The notes beneath the pieces were generated by a model. That model had not been told where the DNA came from, made no database searches, and worked only from the letters and a program-made list of their open reading frames with translations. The position numbers and the translations under genes were made by a program. Below, one piece after another: positions 45,739-56,616 of a DNA stretch of 64,000 nt. The number at the start of each line of letters is the position of its first letter. Within the stretch, counting starts at the first letter, position 1. The stretch is from IMG/VR virus record IMGVR_UViG_3300005826_000294, positions 1-64,000 of that record; one strand, given 5' to 3'.

Positions 45739-46901
45739 CTTCCACCTACATTTGGTAAAAATTCTTTAAGGGTTTGGTAAATATCTTCACGCTTCTCTAT
45801 TGTGGCAACTACGAACCTCTCATTATCAGCAAGTTCTCCGTCTTTTTCAAAAATATCAGCTAAATTAGACCACAATGATGTTCCTCCAGACCATCCCCAA
45901 AAATTAGAAGATACTTGAACTTCACCATATCCTACAGATTGACATAATGGAAGAATGTCTTTTACAGATTTTAAACACCTACTATTATCTTCCGGCCAAT
46001 TATCTCCATCGGAAAAAGCAAATACATAATTATTCCAAATATTTGTTGGAAACCTATCTTCTATTATTTTTCTCGCTAAAATAAATCCCGAACTAACCAT
46101 TGTCCCACCAGATTGAGAAATCTTGAAAAAATTCTCCTCTTCAACTTCCTTTGCCTCTGTATCATGAGCAATAAATACTAATTCCACATTATCATACTTT
46201 TTCTCAAGAAACCTAACCATCCACCAAAAAAATGATTTAACAATATATTTCTTTTCAGAAGTCATGCTTCCTGATCTATCCATAATAAGAATAACTGTAG
46301 CATTAGAATGCCGCTCAATAACTTCTTCATATACTTTATATCTTAAATCAGATGGATCAAAACCTCCGATTTTCATTTTCCCCTTCATAGCATTCTTTCT
46401 CATATTTCTTAATACAGTCCTTCTCTTATCTATATTAGAAGCTAATCCTTTCTCTGCTATATCTTGAAAAACAACATCTTCGGTTTCTATCTCTATAGAT
46501 TTTTCTTTTTGCTCCATCCAAGGTAGATCAAGATCTTCAAGCATCATTTCTACAATTTCTTCAATATCTACCTCTTCCTCATAAACATCTTCACCAGATT
46601 CTTGACCGGCCTTTCCTTTTCCCTGACCAGGATTTTCTTTAGCAATTATATCACCAGGATCACCATCCCCTTGCCCCACACCCTTTTGCTTATTGTTCTT
46701 GCCAAATTTAAATCTCCACATATCCAAAAACTTAATGGGAACTTTTACTTTCTTTCCACCCTTTGAAGAAATTATATTTTCTTCAGATATTAAATCATGT
46801 AGATTCTTTTTAATTGCTTCCCTTATTCTCTGTTTATGTCTTTCCGAGTCAATAGCCCCCGGTTTTCTTAAACTCCAAATATCTTTAAAACTATCGGACA
46901 T
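45735..46901 (-). CDS. yeaH: YeaH/YhbH-family (DUF444, VWA) protein
   Basis: MDRSGSM, FIAH, SGGTMVSS, SDGDNW. Confidence 0.92.
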   Translation of the reverse strand: MSDSFKDIWSLRKPGAIDSERHKQRIREAIKKNLHDLISEENIISSKGGKKVKVPIKFLDMWRFKFGKNNKQKGVGQGDGDPGDIIAKENPGQGKGKAGQESGEDVYEEEVDIEEIVEMMLEDLDLPWMEQKEKSIEIETEDVVFQDIAEKGLASNIDKRRTVLRNMRKNAMKGKMKIGGFDPSDLRYKVYEEVIERHSNATVILIMDRSGSMTSEKKYIVKSFFWWMVRFLEKKYDNVELVFIAHDTEAKEVEEENFFKISQSGGTMVSSGFILARKIIEDRFPTNIWNNYVFAFSDGDNWPEDNSRCLKSVKDILPLCQSVGYGEVQVSSNFWGWSGGTSLWSNLADIFEKDGELADNERFVVATIEKREDIYQTLKEFLPNVGGR

Positions 46902-46909
46902 TTTTCACC

Positions 46910-48835
46910 TTATCTCGTTCTAGACATAATGTTATTTACATAACGAAGTAATTCATTAGCACTCTCTGCAGTATATCCATGATAATCAACTAAAGAACTA
47001 ATAACAGAATTTAATTTCTTTAACGCTTCAGGTTCAGGATTTCTTGTAGAAACTGTTAATCTAATAGTGTCAGCTCTTTCCTCAAAAAGTTGCTTCTGTA
47101 AAGCTTCCTTTAATTTTGGGTGGCTTTGCCACTTATATTCTCCATCTTCATTCTTAGTCTTTAACATTTTTCTATAAACTTCAGATCTAAATGAATCCTT
47201 TCCTGTGCTTGTAATCTCTACCTTTTCTTCAACACTTCTCATTAATTCTTCATCTGGATCAACTAACTCATCCCACTCATTTTTACACTTACTATCATCT
47301 AAATATGCAGCAACATTATCAAGATAATTTTCAAGCAAATTGTTAATTTCATATTCAAAATTAACAAAAAAAGCCTTTTGAACCTCATTCATCGCAATCT
47401 TATTATATTCTTCAACACATAAAGAAACAAGATTTTCTAGTTTTTCTACTGCTTCATCATCAAGTTTAGCATTTGTTGGAAGACCTTCCTTAATACTTCT
47501 AAGAGCACTAATAGGAGTAATATATGTTGCTCCATGCTTTGCTAAACACGCAGAAAGTCTATTAATAATATATCTTGGAGAAACTCCATCTAATCCTTCC
47601 CTTTCAGCCGATTTTTGAAGTTCCTTAATATCCTCTTTCGTAAATCCATCAACATCCTTACCATTATATAAATGCATCTTTTGTAGAATTGTTATGCTCT
47701 TATCTTTTGGTTCTTCCAATCTGGACAAAATAGCAAACATCGCGGCAATTTTAAGAGTATGAGGAGCAATATGAATATTCTTAAATCCATCCGCTTCTTT
47801 CATTAATTTCTCATAAATCCTAACCTCATTATCTACCCCTAGATTATATGGAAACGGAATTAACCAAAGTCTATCATGTAGAGCTTCTTCAGTCTTATCT
47901 CCTCGGAACTTTAAAAATTCTGTTTCATTAGAATGACCTACAGGAACTAAATCAGCATAAATTAACGGAAACCTTTCAGTTTTAATTCTCTTTTCTTGAA
48001 CCAATGTTAAAAGGATATATCTGAATTTTGGATCTACCTTCAAAAGCTCAATAAATTCCATAACTCCTCTATTAGAAATATTAAGCTCTCCATCAAAGTT
48101 ATAAGCTAAAGGATGAGACTCTACTCCAAACTCTTCCAATTTGGCAAAATTAACAGACCCTGTAAGTTCTGATTGTGATTGACTCTTTTTATCAGCTGGT
48201 TGAAATGTTCCAATACCAATTCTATTCATCTCCGATAAAAATATTCTCTTTACAGGAATTTTCCAGAAATCTTCTCCAAATTCATTTTGTAATCTATAAG
48301 CACATTTTGGACAAAGATCTCCTTCAATAGAAATTCCGTACTCTTCCTTTAATCCTTTTCGTGCGGAATGAGGTATAGCATTAAGAGGATTTTCAAACAT
48401 TGGACAACCATCAATCGCAAAAAGCCTTCCACTCTCTGTCCTAGAAAAAAGTTCTAAACCCTTTTTAAGAGTTGTAACAAATTGACTCTTACCAGAGCTA
48501 GTGGGTCCCCATAATAATAAAAGTCTTTTCTTCGCATCAGATCCATTCCCCGCAGCTCTAAAAAACTCCATAACTTGAGCTAAAACATGATCGATTCCAA
48601 ACAACTCATCTTCAAAAAATTTATATTTTGGTGTCTTATCAATAAAATCAACTCCCTGTTCTTCAATCATTCTACAAACTCTAGAATGTGATGTTTCATT
48701 ATAAGAAGGATTTTCCAAAACCATAGGAAGATAGTCTTTTAGTGTTCCAGACCATTTAGTAAGATCCAAATTACTTGTAGATTCTTCTACTAAATTTAAA
48801 ATACTTTTCTTCTTACTGTTTGTTACTTTGATCAT
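46910..48835 (-). CDS. prkA: PrkA/YeaG AAA+ serine kinase
   Basis: LWGPTSSGKS, CPMFENPL, NRGVMEFIE, HIAPHTL. Confidence 0.95.
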   Translation of the reverse strand: MIKVTNSKKKSILNLVEESTSNLDLTKWSGTLKDYLPMVLENPSYNETSHSRVCRMIEEQGVDFIDKTPKYKFFEDELFGIDHVLAQVMEFFRAAGNGSDAKKRLLLLWGPTSSGKSQFVTTLKKGLELFSRTESGRLFAIDGCPMFENPLNAIPHSARKGLKEEYGISIEGDLCPKCAYRLQNEFGEDFWKIPVKRIFLSEMNRIGIGTFQPADKKSQSQSELTGSVNFAKLEEFGVESHPLAYNFDGELNISNRGVMEFIELLKVDPKFRYILLTLVQEKRIKTERFPLIYADLVPVGHSNETEFLKFRGDKTEEALHDRLWLIPFPYNLGVDNEVRIYEKLMKEADGFKNIHIAPHTLKIAAMFAILSRLEEPKDKSITILQKMHLYNGKDVDGFTKEDIKELQKSAEREGLDGVSPRYIINRLSACLAKHGATYITPISALRSIKEGLPTNAKLDDEAVEKLENLVSLCVEEYNKIAMNEVQKAFFVNFEYEINNLLENYLDNVAAYLDDSKCKNEWDELVDPDEELMRSVEEKVEITSTGKDSFRSEVYRKMLKTKNEDGEYKWQSHPKLKEALQKQLFEERADTIRLTVSTRNPEPEALKKLNSVISSLVDYHGYTAESANELLRYVNNIMSRTR

Positions 48836-50446
48836 TTAATCTCCTTTACATAATTTCTTTAAAATATCTACTTTCTTTTTAGATTGGTAGATCTCAACTG
48901 CAGTTTTTATAATTTCTGATTTTGATGCTAAAATAGGTTCATAAACACAATCTTTTTTAAATCCCTCCCATCTATAAATAACTTTATAACCATTTTCACA
49001 AAGAGTATTTAATTTATTTATTGTTTTATATAATAAAGTATAAAACATCTTTCCAACTTTTTTATTTACTTTATTTGGATTAAAGACTGCTGGATTTCCG
49101 TGCCAAAAATCTCCTAAAAATTCATATACAACATTATCTTTAAATCCGTCAGCAAAAAACCTCTTCCCATTTATTTTTATTAATTTTTCCCTTTTCTTAA
49201 TATTTTTGTTGTTTAACCATTTAGTAGAAACCTTTGATATGTTTTTAGAACAATGAGGACATCCTCTTTCATATCTATTACAAATTGTAACATTCCATTC
49301 ATGATTATTTTTACAAATCCACCAAACCTTTTTATGAGATCTCGGTAGAACATCCTTTGGTGTTAAATCTCCATTTCTTTTATAATTCCACTCTTTAGCT
49401 AATTCGGGATTTATTTTATCTAAACAATTATCTTTACATACTTTTTTATTAGAACAATAGGGACATTTACTACCATTATTTCTACCGGCAACTCTAGCTT
49501 TCCATTCATGATTATTTTCACAAATCCACCATATTTTTTTATCAGAACCTGATGTTACATCATCTGGTGTTAAAACATTTTTAGAACTCCATTGCTTCGC
49601 TAATTCAGGATTTATTGTTGATAAACAATTATCTTCGCATACTTTATTTCCTGAGCAATAAGGACATGTGTTTTTATCTTTTCTATTTATTTGAGCTTTC
49701 CATTCATGATTATTTTTACAAATCCACCATACTTTCATATTTGAACCAGCCGTAACCTTATTTGGAGTTAAATTTCCATTTTTAGAACTCCATTCTTTTG
49801 ATAGTTCTGGGTGAGTTGTGGCCAAGCAATTATCTTCACATACTTTTTTACCAGCACAATAGGGACAACCTACTTTTTGCTTTCCACTTCTATGATAAAT
49901 TTTTGCTTTCCATTCGTGATTGTTTTCACAAATCCACCATACTTTTTTATTAGATCCTGATGTAAAATTTTTTGGTGTAAGATTACCATTTTTTGTAGGA
50001 TGCCACTGTTTCACTAATTCAGGATTTATTGTTGCTAAACAATTATCTTCGCATACTTTATTTCCCGAGCAATAAGGACAATTATTACCTTTATTTCTAT
50101 CTGCAATTCTAGCTTTCCATTCATGATTTTTCTCACAAATCCACCACACTTTTTTTTCTGATCCTTGGGTTACATCTTTGGGAGTTAAAATATTTTTAGA
50201 ACTCCATTGTTTTGCTAATTCAGGATTTATTGTTGCTAAGCAATTATCTTCGCATACTTTCTTATTAGAACAATAAGGACAATTTCTTCCATTATTTCTA
50301 TGACTTACACTCGCTTCCCATTCGTGATTTTTCTCACACAACCACCACACTTTTTTAGTAGAATTTACGGAAACATCATTAGGTGTTAAAGTATTTTTAG
50401 AACTCCATTGCTTCGCTAATTTAGGATTTTTTATGGAAAGGCTCAT
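48836..50446 (-). CDS. Putative homing endonuclease with ~7-8 zinc-ribbon repeats (DUF4379-like)
   Basis: Repeated NPELAKQW...KVWW.C...HEW.A...CPYC; YEFLGDFWHGNP. Confidence 0.85.
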   Translation of the reverse strand: MSLSIKNPKLAKQWSSKNTLTPNDVSVNSTKKVWWLCEKNHEWEASVSHRNNGRNCPYCSNKKVCEDNCLATINPELAKQWSSKNILTPKDVTQGSEKKVWWICEKNHEWKARIADRNKGNNCPYCSGNKVCEDNCLATINPELVKQWHPTKNGNLTPKNFTSGSNKKVWWICENNHEWKAKIYHRSGKQKVGCPYCAGKKVCEDNCLATTHPELSKEWSSKNGNLTPNKVTAGSNMKVWWICKNNHEWKAQINRKDKNTCPYCSGNKVCEDNCLSTINPELAKQWSSKNVLTPDDVTSGSDKKIWWICENNHEWKARVAGRNNGSKCPYCSNKKVCKDNCLDKINPELAKEWNYKRNGDLTPKDVLPRSHKKVWWICKNNHEWNVTICNRYERGCPHCSKNISKVSTKWLNNKNIKKREKLIKINGKRFFADGFKDNVVYEFLGDFWHGNPAVFNPNKVNKKVGKMFYTLLYKTINKLNTLCENGYKVIYRWEGFKKDCVYEPILASKSEIIKTAVEIYQSKKKVDILKKLCKGD

Positions 50447-50719
50447 ATTTTTTCTCCTATATCCCATTATACGAAACTAGAATTCAAAATTCAACGCAAT
50501 TTTGGAAAAAATTATTCAAGAACAATAATATTAAATTTGTTATTTGAGTTAGATAAAGCACAATATCTATGATAACCATCAATTATCCTATATTTTTTAT
50601 CATCTTTTATATAAACTCCAATTGGATATTTATAATCCTTATATTTTTCAACAATCTGTTTATCTAATTTTCTATAATGTTCTAGATTTGGAATTACTAA
50701 ATCATCTAAACCGACTGTT

Positions 50720-51397
50720 TTAATTGAACATTTTTTTTAATTTATTTATTTCTTTTAATAAATACCCATATTCATTTATTAAAACATATTTAATTATATT
50801 AATTGGGGTTAAAAACAATAATTTACTAATATTTATTTCTATTTCTTTTAAAGAATCTAGTTTTATTGATTTAATTTCTTCACCATAATAACTATGATGG
50901 CAATCAACATAATAATTATCTTTATTATTTAGATGATAAAATTGTAATATTCTTTCTATACCATATTCTAAAATTACATTATTATTATTATTATTATTAT
51001 TAATTAAAAACCTTTTATTTAAATTATTAGATATTTCTCCAATTATTACTTCTATAATACGAGATTCATCTACTTCATTTATCTTTAAATCTATTATTTT
51101 TCCACAACGACAGATTGAATCACAATTTTCTTCTATACAATTATAACTATAATCATAATCTACATCCATATAATGGTATAGATCTACATTTAAAGCGTCA
51201 TTTATTATATTTTCAACTGAAAAACTTTTATGAAGTCGTATTTTAGTTCCTTTTTCAGAAATAGTTTTTTTATAAATTTCTACTTTATCATTTTGTTTTA
51301 TTGTACTAAAAGGTATTTTATATTTTTTAAGTTCTACTCCTTTTAAATCTTTTTTTAGATATTTTTTACCAACACGCACATCATATATGTATTTCAT
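50720..51397 (-). CDS. Hypothetical protein with a Cys cluster and poly-Asn tract
   Basis: CIEENCDSICRC; AAT microsatellite near 50975-51000. Confidence 0.65.
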   Translation of the reverse strand: MKYIYDVRVGKKYLKKDLKGVELKKYKIPFSTIKQNDKVEIYKKTISEKGTKIRLHKSFSVENIINDALNVDLYHYMDVDYDYSYNCIEENCDSICRCGKIIDLKINEVDESRIIEVIIGEISNNLNKRFLINNNNNNNNVILEYGIERILQFYHLNNKDNYYVDCHHSYYGEEIKSIKLDSLKEIEINISKLLFLTPINIIKYVLINEYGYLLKEINKLKKMFN

Positions 51398-51406
51398 TAT
51401 TTCTCC

Positions 51407-51688
51407 TTATTTATTACCATAATACTCTAATGCTCCTTTTTCTCCAAGATAGTCTGCGGCTTTTTCAATATCACCATTTCTGATATCTTCAATATCTTTT
51501 TTTGCTTCTTGTTTTATTTGTTCTCCTAATTCTTTAGCATCTCTAAATACTTGGGCATTTGTGTTAGAAATTAATCTTTTTATTAATTCTCCACATTCTG
51601 GACATTCTGTTAATGGTTCATCTGTAATTGGTTGAAATTCTTCAAAAAAATAATCACAAACATTACATTTATATTCATAAAACGGCAT
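51407..51688 (-). CDS. FmdB-family zinc-ribbon protein
   Basis: MPFYEYKC..C...FE..Q...CPEC. Confidence 0.85.
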   Translation of the reverse strand: MPFYEYKCNVCDYFFEEFQPITDEPLTECPECGELIKRLISNTNAQVFRDAKELGEQIKQEAKKDIEDIRNGDIEKAADYLGEKGALEYYGNK

Positions 51689-51709
51689 TGTTTAACTCCA
51701 TTAAAAATT

Positions 51710-51877
51710 TTAACCTTGTTTTTTATCATCAATAACTAATTTTACATCCATATTTTGCCACTCTCTTATAATTCTCTGTCTCCACGTTGGATCTGTAACT
51801 TCCATTTCCAAATAAACTTGACCTGTATCCGTATTTACCTTTACATTTAAAAGTCTAGCAATTTCTATTTCAACCAT
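51710..51877 (-). CDS. 55-aa hypothetical protein missed by the ORF track
   Basis: MVEIEIARLLNVKVNTDTGQVYLEMEV...; GGAG RBS. Confidence 0.55.
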   Translation of the reverse strand: MVEIEIARLLNVKVNTDTGQVYLEMEVTDPTWRQRIIREWQNMDVKLVIDDKKQG

Positions 51878-53454
51878 TTTCTCTCCATAAAAATATCTAC
51901 ATATTCATCCATTTTAAATATTCTCAAAGCATTCTTTTTTATATTTTTAACATTTACCGGAAAATATTGTCTTGATTTATCACTTTCCCATTTATAAATA
52001 ATTATAAATTTTTTATTTAAAATATTTAACCTTTTCGCCGTCTTAATCAAAATATCAAGATACAACATATTCTTTATTGGATGGATTTTTCTTGGGTCAA
52101 ATATATTGGGGTTTCCATGCCAAAAATCTCCAAGAAACTCATAAATAACATTATTTTTGATTCCATCAACAATATATTTTCTTCCTCTTATAATGATAGA
52201 TTTTTCTCTATTTGTAATTCCTATCTCATCCAACCATGCTTGAGATATTTTTGAAATACAATTCTTACTACATTTAGGGCATCTTGCCCCACTATTCCTT
52301 CTATTTATTTGAGCTTTCCATTCATGATTATTTTCACAAACCCACCATACTTTTTTATTTGATCCAAAAACTACATCATTGGGAGTTAAAATATTTTTAG
52401 AACTCCATTGTTTTGATAATTCAGGATTTATTGTTGCTAAACAATTATCTTCACAGACTTTCTTATTAGAGCAATAAGGACAGTTTCTTCCATTATTTCT
52501 ATGACTTACACTCGCTTTCCATTCATGATTGTTTTCACAAACCCACCATACTTTTTTATCAGATCCAGCTAACACATCATAAGGTGTTAAAGTATTTCTA
52601 GAACTCCATTGTTTTGCTAATTCGGGATTTGTTGTGGTCAAACAATTATCTTCACATGCTTTTTTATTGGAACAATATGGACAACCTAAATTTTTGTTTC
52701 TTTTATATATTAATGCTTTCCACTCATGATTATTTTCACACACCCACCACACTTTTTTATCAGACCCTGATGTAAAATTTTTTGGAGTAAGGTTTCCATT
52801 TTTCGTAGGATGCCATTGTTTTGATAATTCGGGATTTATTGTAGATAAAGAATTATCTTTACATACTTTCTTATTAGAACAATAAGGACAATTTCTACCA
52901 TTACTTCTATGACTTATACTTGCTTTCCATTTATGATGATTTTCACAAATCCACCATACTTTTTTACCAGATTTACATACCACATCATTTGGAGTAAGGT
53001 TTCCATTTTTATCAGGATGCCATTGTTTTGCTAATTCAGGATTTATTGTTGCTAAACAATTATCTTCACATACTTTCTTATTAGAACAATATGGACAATT
53101 ATTTCCACACATTCTATCATTTATTACTGCTTCCCATTCGTGATTATTTTTACAAATCCACCAAACTTTTTTATTTGAACCAGAAACTACATCATATGGA
53201 GTTAAAATATTTTTAGAATTCCACTCTCTTGCTAATTTTGGATGAGTAGTTGCTAAACAATTATCTTTACAAACTTTTTTATTAGAACAATAAGGGCACC
53301 CCGAAACATTTCTTGAATATATTATGGCTTTCCACTCATGATTATTTTTACAAATCCACCAAACTTTTTTAGTAGAATTCTTAGAAACATCTTTTGGTGC
53401 TAAATTACCATTTTTAGTTGGATGCCATTCCAAAATTAACTTCTTATTCAGCAT
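51865..53454 (-). CDS. Zinc-ribbon-repeat homing endonuclease, paralog of 48836-50446
   Basis: Same repeats and C-terminal motif. Confidence 0.85.
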   Translation of the reverse strand: MLNKKLILEWHPTKNGNLAPKDVSKNSTKKVWWICKNNHEWKAIIYSRNVSGCPYCSNKKVCKDNCLATTHPKLAREWNSKNILTPYDVVSGSNKKVWWICKNNHEWEAVINDRMCGNNCPYCSNKKVCEDNCLATINPELAKQWHPDKNGNLTPNDVVCKSGKKVWWICENHHKWKASISHRSNGRNCPYCSNKKVCKDNSLSTINPELSKQWHPTKNGNLTPKNFTSGSDKKVWWVCENNHEWKALIYKRNKNLGCPYCSNKKACEDNCLTTTNPELAKQWSSRNTLTPYDVLAGSDKKVWWVCENNHEWKASVSHRNNGRNCPYCSNKKVCEDNCLATINPELSKQWSSKNILTPNDVVFGSNKKVWWVCENNHEWKAQINRRNSGARCPKCSKNCISKISQAWLDEIGITNREKSIIIRGRKYIVDGIKNNVIYEFLGDFWHGNPNIFDPRKIHPIKNMLYLDILIKTAKRLNILNKKFIIIYKWESDKSRQYFPVNVKNIKKNALRIFKMDEYVDIFMERKWLK

Positions 53455-54820
53455 TCTGTCCTTCAAACTCTGGACTCCAACTGTCAAGATCTTCATCATA
53501 TATTCTCATTAAATCAAATCTTTTTTGTAGCATAAAACATCCACCTTGTTCTCCATCTCTCATTTTTACAATATGTATCGGCATATCTAATCTTGTACTT
53601 TCATCCTCCCTTGTTTCAATATTTAACATTATATTACAATTCTGAGGTAGTAATATGCTTCTTCCAACTCTCTCTTGCCCAGGAGCCCTGTCCCCAGGCT
53701 TATTCCTTGTGAGCTGAACAGGAGAAATTAAAGGAATAGAAAAATTACGACAAAAATCATGTAAATATTCTGCTAATCGACCTAAATTTAACCAATCTTG
53801 TTCTAAATTATTATCCGCTTTTAAAAGACTAATATAATCTATAACCACAATTTCTGGAACAAAATCATATAATAATTCCAAATATTTAGCTTCTATTTGT
53901 GCAACTGTACAACCTCTTGGAATATCTACCACATAAAATTGTTTTGGATATATTTTTTGAAATGATAAAGCATTAAAGTATTTCTCTTCTTCACTATTAG
54001 TTAAAGTCCCGTCTCTAATTCCATACAAAGGAACCTCAGCTAAACACGCATCAAAACGTCTTCTAAATGGATCAAATGGCATTTCTAATGTAAAATATAC
54101 AACATTAGCTCCATCTGTGGAAAACTCTGGAACTGGACTACCAGGTGGAGGAACTGAATTACTACCCAACCAACAATTCATAGCCATATTCATTGATAGA
54201 GTGCTTTTACCAGATCCGCTTGTTCCTCCTATTAGAATTAATTCTGATTTTTGTAATCCATTTGTTATTCTATCTAACTCCCTATAACCTGTCAAAAGTC
54301 CTTTAGCAATTTCAGGATTTTCTTTTCTTTTGATATATTCTTCTTTGGCACTATCACTTGTTTCAGCAACAGTCCCTTCTTTATATGTTCTTCCAACTTC
54401 TAACTGATCAAGTTCCCCAACAACCTTTTTTAAAGATTTCGCTGCTTCCTGTAGATCATTAAAATCTTTGCCGTTCCAATTCTCTTTAAATATTTCTTTT
54501 CCTACTTTTAATATAGTAGTTTTCTTATATCTTTCTTTAAGATCTTCTAATTCAATAATAAAGTTTTCTGGTACGAAATCATCATCATTTTTAATATCTT
54601 TTGCTGTTTCAAATATATTTTTTAGGTCATCATCCCATTTTTCACATCTTTTCATCATTTCAATTGTTGGGACTTCATTATATTTCTTAACACATTCTGC
54701 TATGACTAATAACATAGGTCTAAACTCGGGCTTTAGGGTTTTTGGCATTACTTTATCAACAACCTTAATGGCTAGAGATTTATTAGTTATAGCATATGCT
54801 ATTATTCTTTCATCTAACAT
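53444..54820 (-). CDS. dnaB: Replicative DNA helicase
   Basis: TGYRELD, GGTSGSGKS, FTLEM, IDY, QLTR, KMRDG. Confidence 0.92.
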   Translation of the reverse strand: MLDERIIAYAITNKSLAIKVVDKVMPKTLKPEFRPMLLVIAECVKKYNEVPTIEMMKRCEKWDDDLKNIFETAKDIKNDDDFVPENFIIELEDLKERYKKTTILKVGKEIFKENWNGKDFNDLQEAAKSLKKVVGELDQLEVGRTYKEGTVAETSDSAKEEYIKRKENPEIAKGLLTGYRELDRITNGLQKSELILIGGTSGSGKSTLSMNMAMNCWLGSNSVPPPGSPVPEFSTDGANVVYFTLEMPFDPFRRRFDACLAEVPLYGIRDGTLTNSEEEKYFNALSFQKIYPKQFYVVDIPRGCTVAQIEAKYLELLYDFVPEIVVIDYISLLKADNNLEQDWLNLGRLAEYLHDFCRNFSIPLISPVQLTRNKPGDRAPGQERVGRSILLPQNCNIMLNIETREDESTRLDMPIHIVKMRDGEQGGCFMLQKRFDLMRIYDEDLDSWSPEFEGQNAE

Positions 54821-55491
54821 TTTTCTTCTCTCTTTCTAGCATCAGGACCTGCAGCGGTTAGAGTTTTAACAAATTGATTCCATAATGATTGAAATGATTC
54901 TTTAAATTGTCCTTTAAAAACAAGATCAATATCAAGGGCATTACTACACATAATTGTTGGCAATTTATTCTGCATTCTACTTCTCAATAAACTTTCTAAT
55001 TGAGCACCATATAATTCCATACTATTTTCTGTCGGGAAAAATCTATTATCAATTTCATCAATGGTAAGAAAATCAATGTTTTTTAAATTTAATTTAAGAG
55101 ATGGAGATATTGTTGTAATTCTTGTAATTAAATCTGATAAATTTATATAGAATGCTGAATATCCACTTAATAAAGATTTTTTAAGAACACTACAGGCCGA
55201 CATTGTTTTTCCTCTTCCTCTATTCCCAGCGATATAAAATGACTGTCCTGATTTATATATATCATCAATATTATTTGATATGTTTAAAATTTCATTTTTC
55301 AATTCCTTATAACCATAGAAGTTATTCATACTACGAAACCAATAATCAACTGGAATTTCTGCGTTTGCCATTTGATTAATAAAACCAAACCATCTTTTAC
55401 AATTATAACAAACTGTTGATCTATTTTTACATGTTTCACATTTATTTTTAATATCTTCTTTTGCTAATTCTATTTTCTTTATTGGAATCAT
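54814..55491 (-). CDS. DnaC/IstB-like helicase loader ATPase
   Basis: GNRGRGKT, IDEID, R...KLPTI..SN. Confidence 0.8.
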   Translation of the reverse strand: MIPIKKIELAKEDIKNKCETCKNRSTVCYNCKRWFGFINQMANAEIPVDYWFRSMNNFYGYKELKNEILNISNNIDDIYKSGQSFYIAGNRGRGKTMSACSVLKKSLLSGYSAFYINLSDLITRITTISPSLKLNLKNIDFLTIDEIDNRFFPTENSMELYGAQLESLLRSRMQNKLPTIMCSNALDIDLVFKGQFKESFQSLWNQFVKTLTAAGPDARKREEKC

Positions 55492-55814
55492 TTTTTACTC
55501 TTTACAAACTCTATTTGTCTCACATAAGGAGACTTATTTACGGGCATAGGCATTGTATATTCATTACTAGAACTAACATATTGGGGTTTTGGGGGTTCAT
55601 AATTTTCTTTTTCATCGTATTCATTATTTGTATATTCGTTTTTGTATTCAACTCCAATTCTGGCAAAACTAATATCTAATATTTTAACAATTACTTTTTT
55701 ATTATCATTTTCTATAAGTGTTAAATATATCTCTTCCATATTATCTACAAAACCTTCTAATACACTTCCATTACTCATACTTAAAACAACATGTTTTTTA
55801 AGAATTTCTTCCAT
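55488..55814 (-). CDS. Hypothetical protein, possible Sm/Hfq-like fold
   Basis: VVLSMSNGSVLEGFVD...LTL. Confidence 0.45.
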   Translation of the reverse strand: MEEILKKHVVLSMSNGSVLEGFVDNMEEIYLTLIENDNKKVIVKILDISFARIGVEYKNEYTNNEYDEKENYEPPKPQYVSSSNEYTMPMPVNKSPYVRQIEFVKSKK

Positions 55815-56515
55815 TATTCCTCCAATTGAGCATATCCAGTTTTTGGTAATATTCCCTTATTTCTTGCCTCTTCAACCACTTTTGCTTCATTAGAGATATT
55901 ATTTGAAGACGATAATGATATAAGAACATTAAGGTCATTAAATGATTTTAACTCATGATACTCAACCACCTCTGGATAATTTTCCTTACACCATTTTAAA
56001 AAACTTTCTGGTATTTTAGTACTTCTTTTAGGTTTAATATTTCTAGCTCTAGCACTTTTATAGTCATTTACAAATTTTGATGATGCTAAAAACCCAAGAC
56101 TATTTACAGGATATTTTCTTGATCTAACTCTTTTATTAAACACCCACTTAATATAGTTAGGTATTTGTAAATAATCATCTCCAAATAAAGTTAATATACG
56201 TCTAGCCATTGTAAATTCTTTATTTTTATATGGTATTGGGTTGCTATAATCCATCGTATATGAAAACCCATAAAACTTATTAAACTGATAACAAAAATAA
56301 CTAACAATACAAGAGGGTTGATCTTTTTTATTATTCCAATATTCCTTTTTTAACCCCCTATTAGAATATTTGTCCCACCACAATTGCCATTCATTTCTTT
56401 TATCTGGGCCATGCTCTAAACAAGAAAAAACGGGGTATTTTATCCCGTCTCCATCAAAAGAAATTTCCTTTTCTTTTCCACATATTACACATTTTGGTTT
56501 CATTTTTCCTCTCAT
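55814..56515 (-). CDS. Hypothetical protein in the replication cluster
   Basis: ORF track. Confidence 0.7.
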   Translation of the reverse strand: MRGKMKPKCVICGKEKEISFDGDGIKYPVFSCLEHGPDKRNEWQLWWDKYSNRGLKKEYWNNKKDQPSCIVSYFCYQFNKFYGFSYTMDYSNPIPYKNKEFTMARRILTLFGDDYLQIPNYIKWVFNKRVRSRKYPVNSLGFLASSKFVNDYKSARARNIKPKRSTKIPESFLKWCKENYPEVVEYHELKSFNDLNVLISLSSSNNISNEAKVVEEARNKGILPKTGYAQLEE

Positions 56516-56616
56516 TTTTCAAATTCGCTTCGACCTCTTACCTGAACATAATTACCACAAACCGCAAATTGTCGACATGATTTTTATAATTTGTTGAAAT
56601 TATTTAGAAAATTAGT

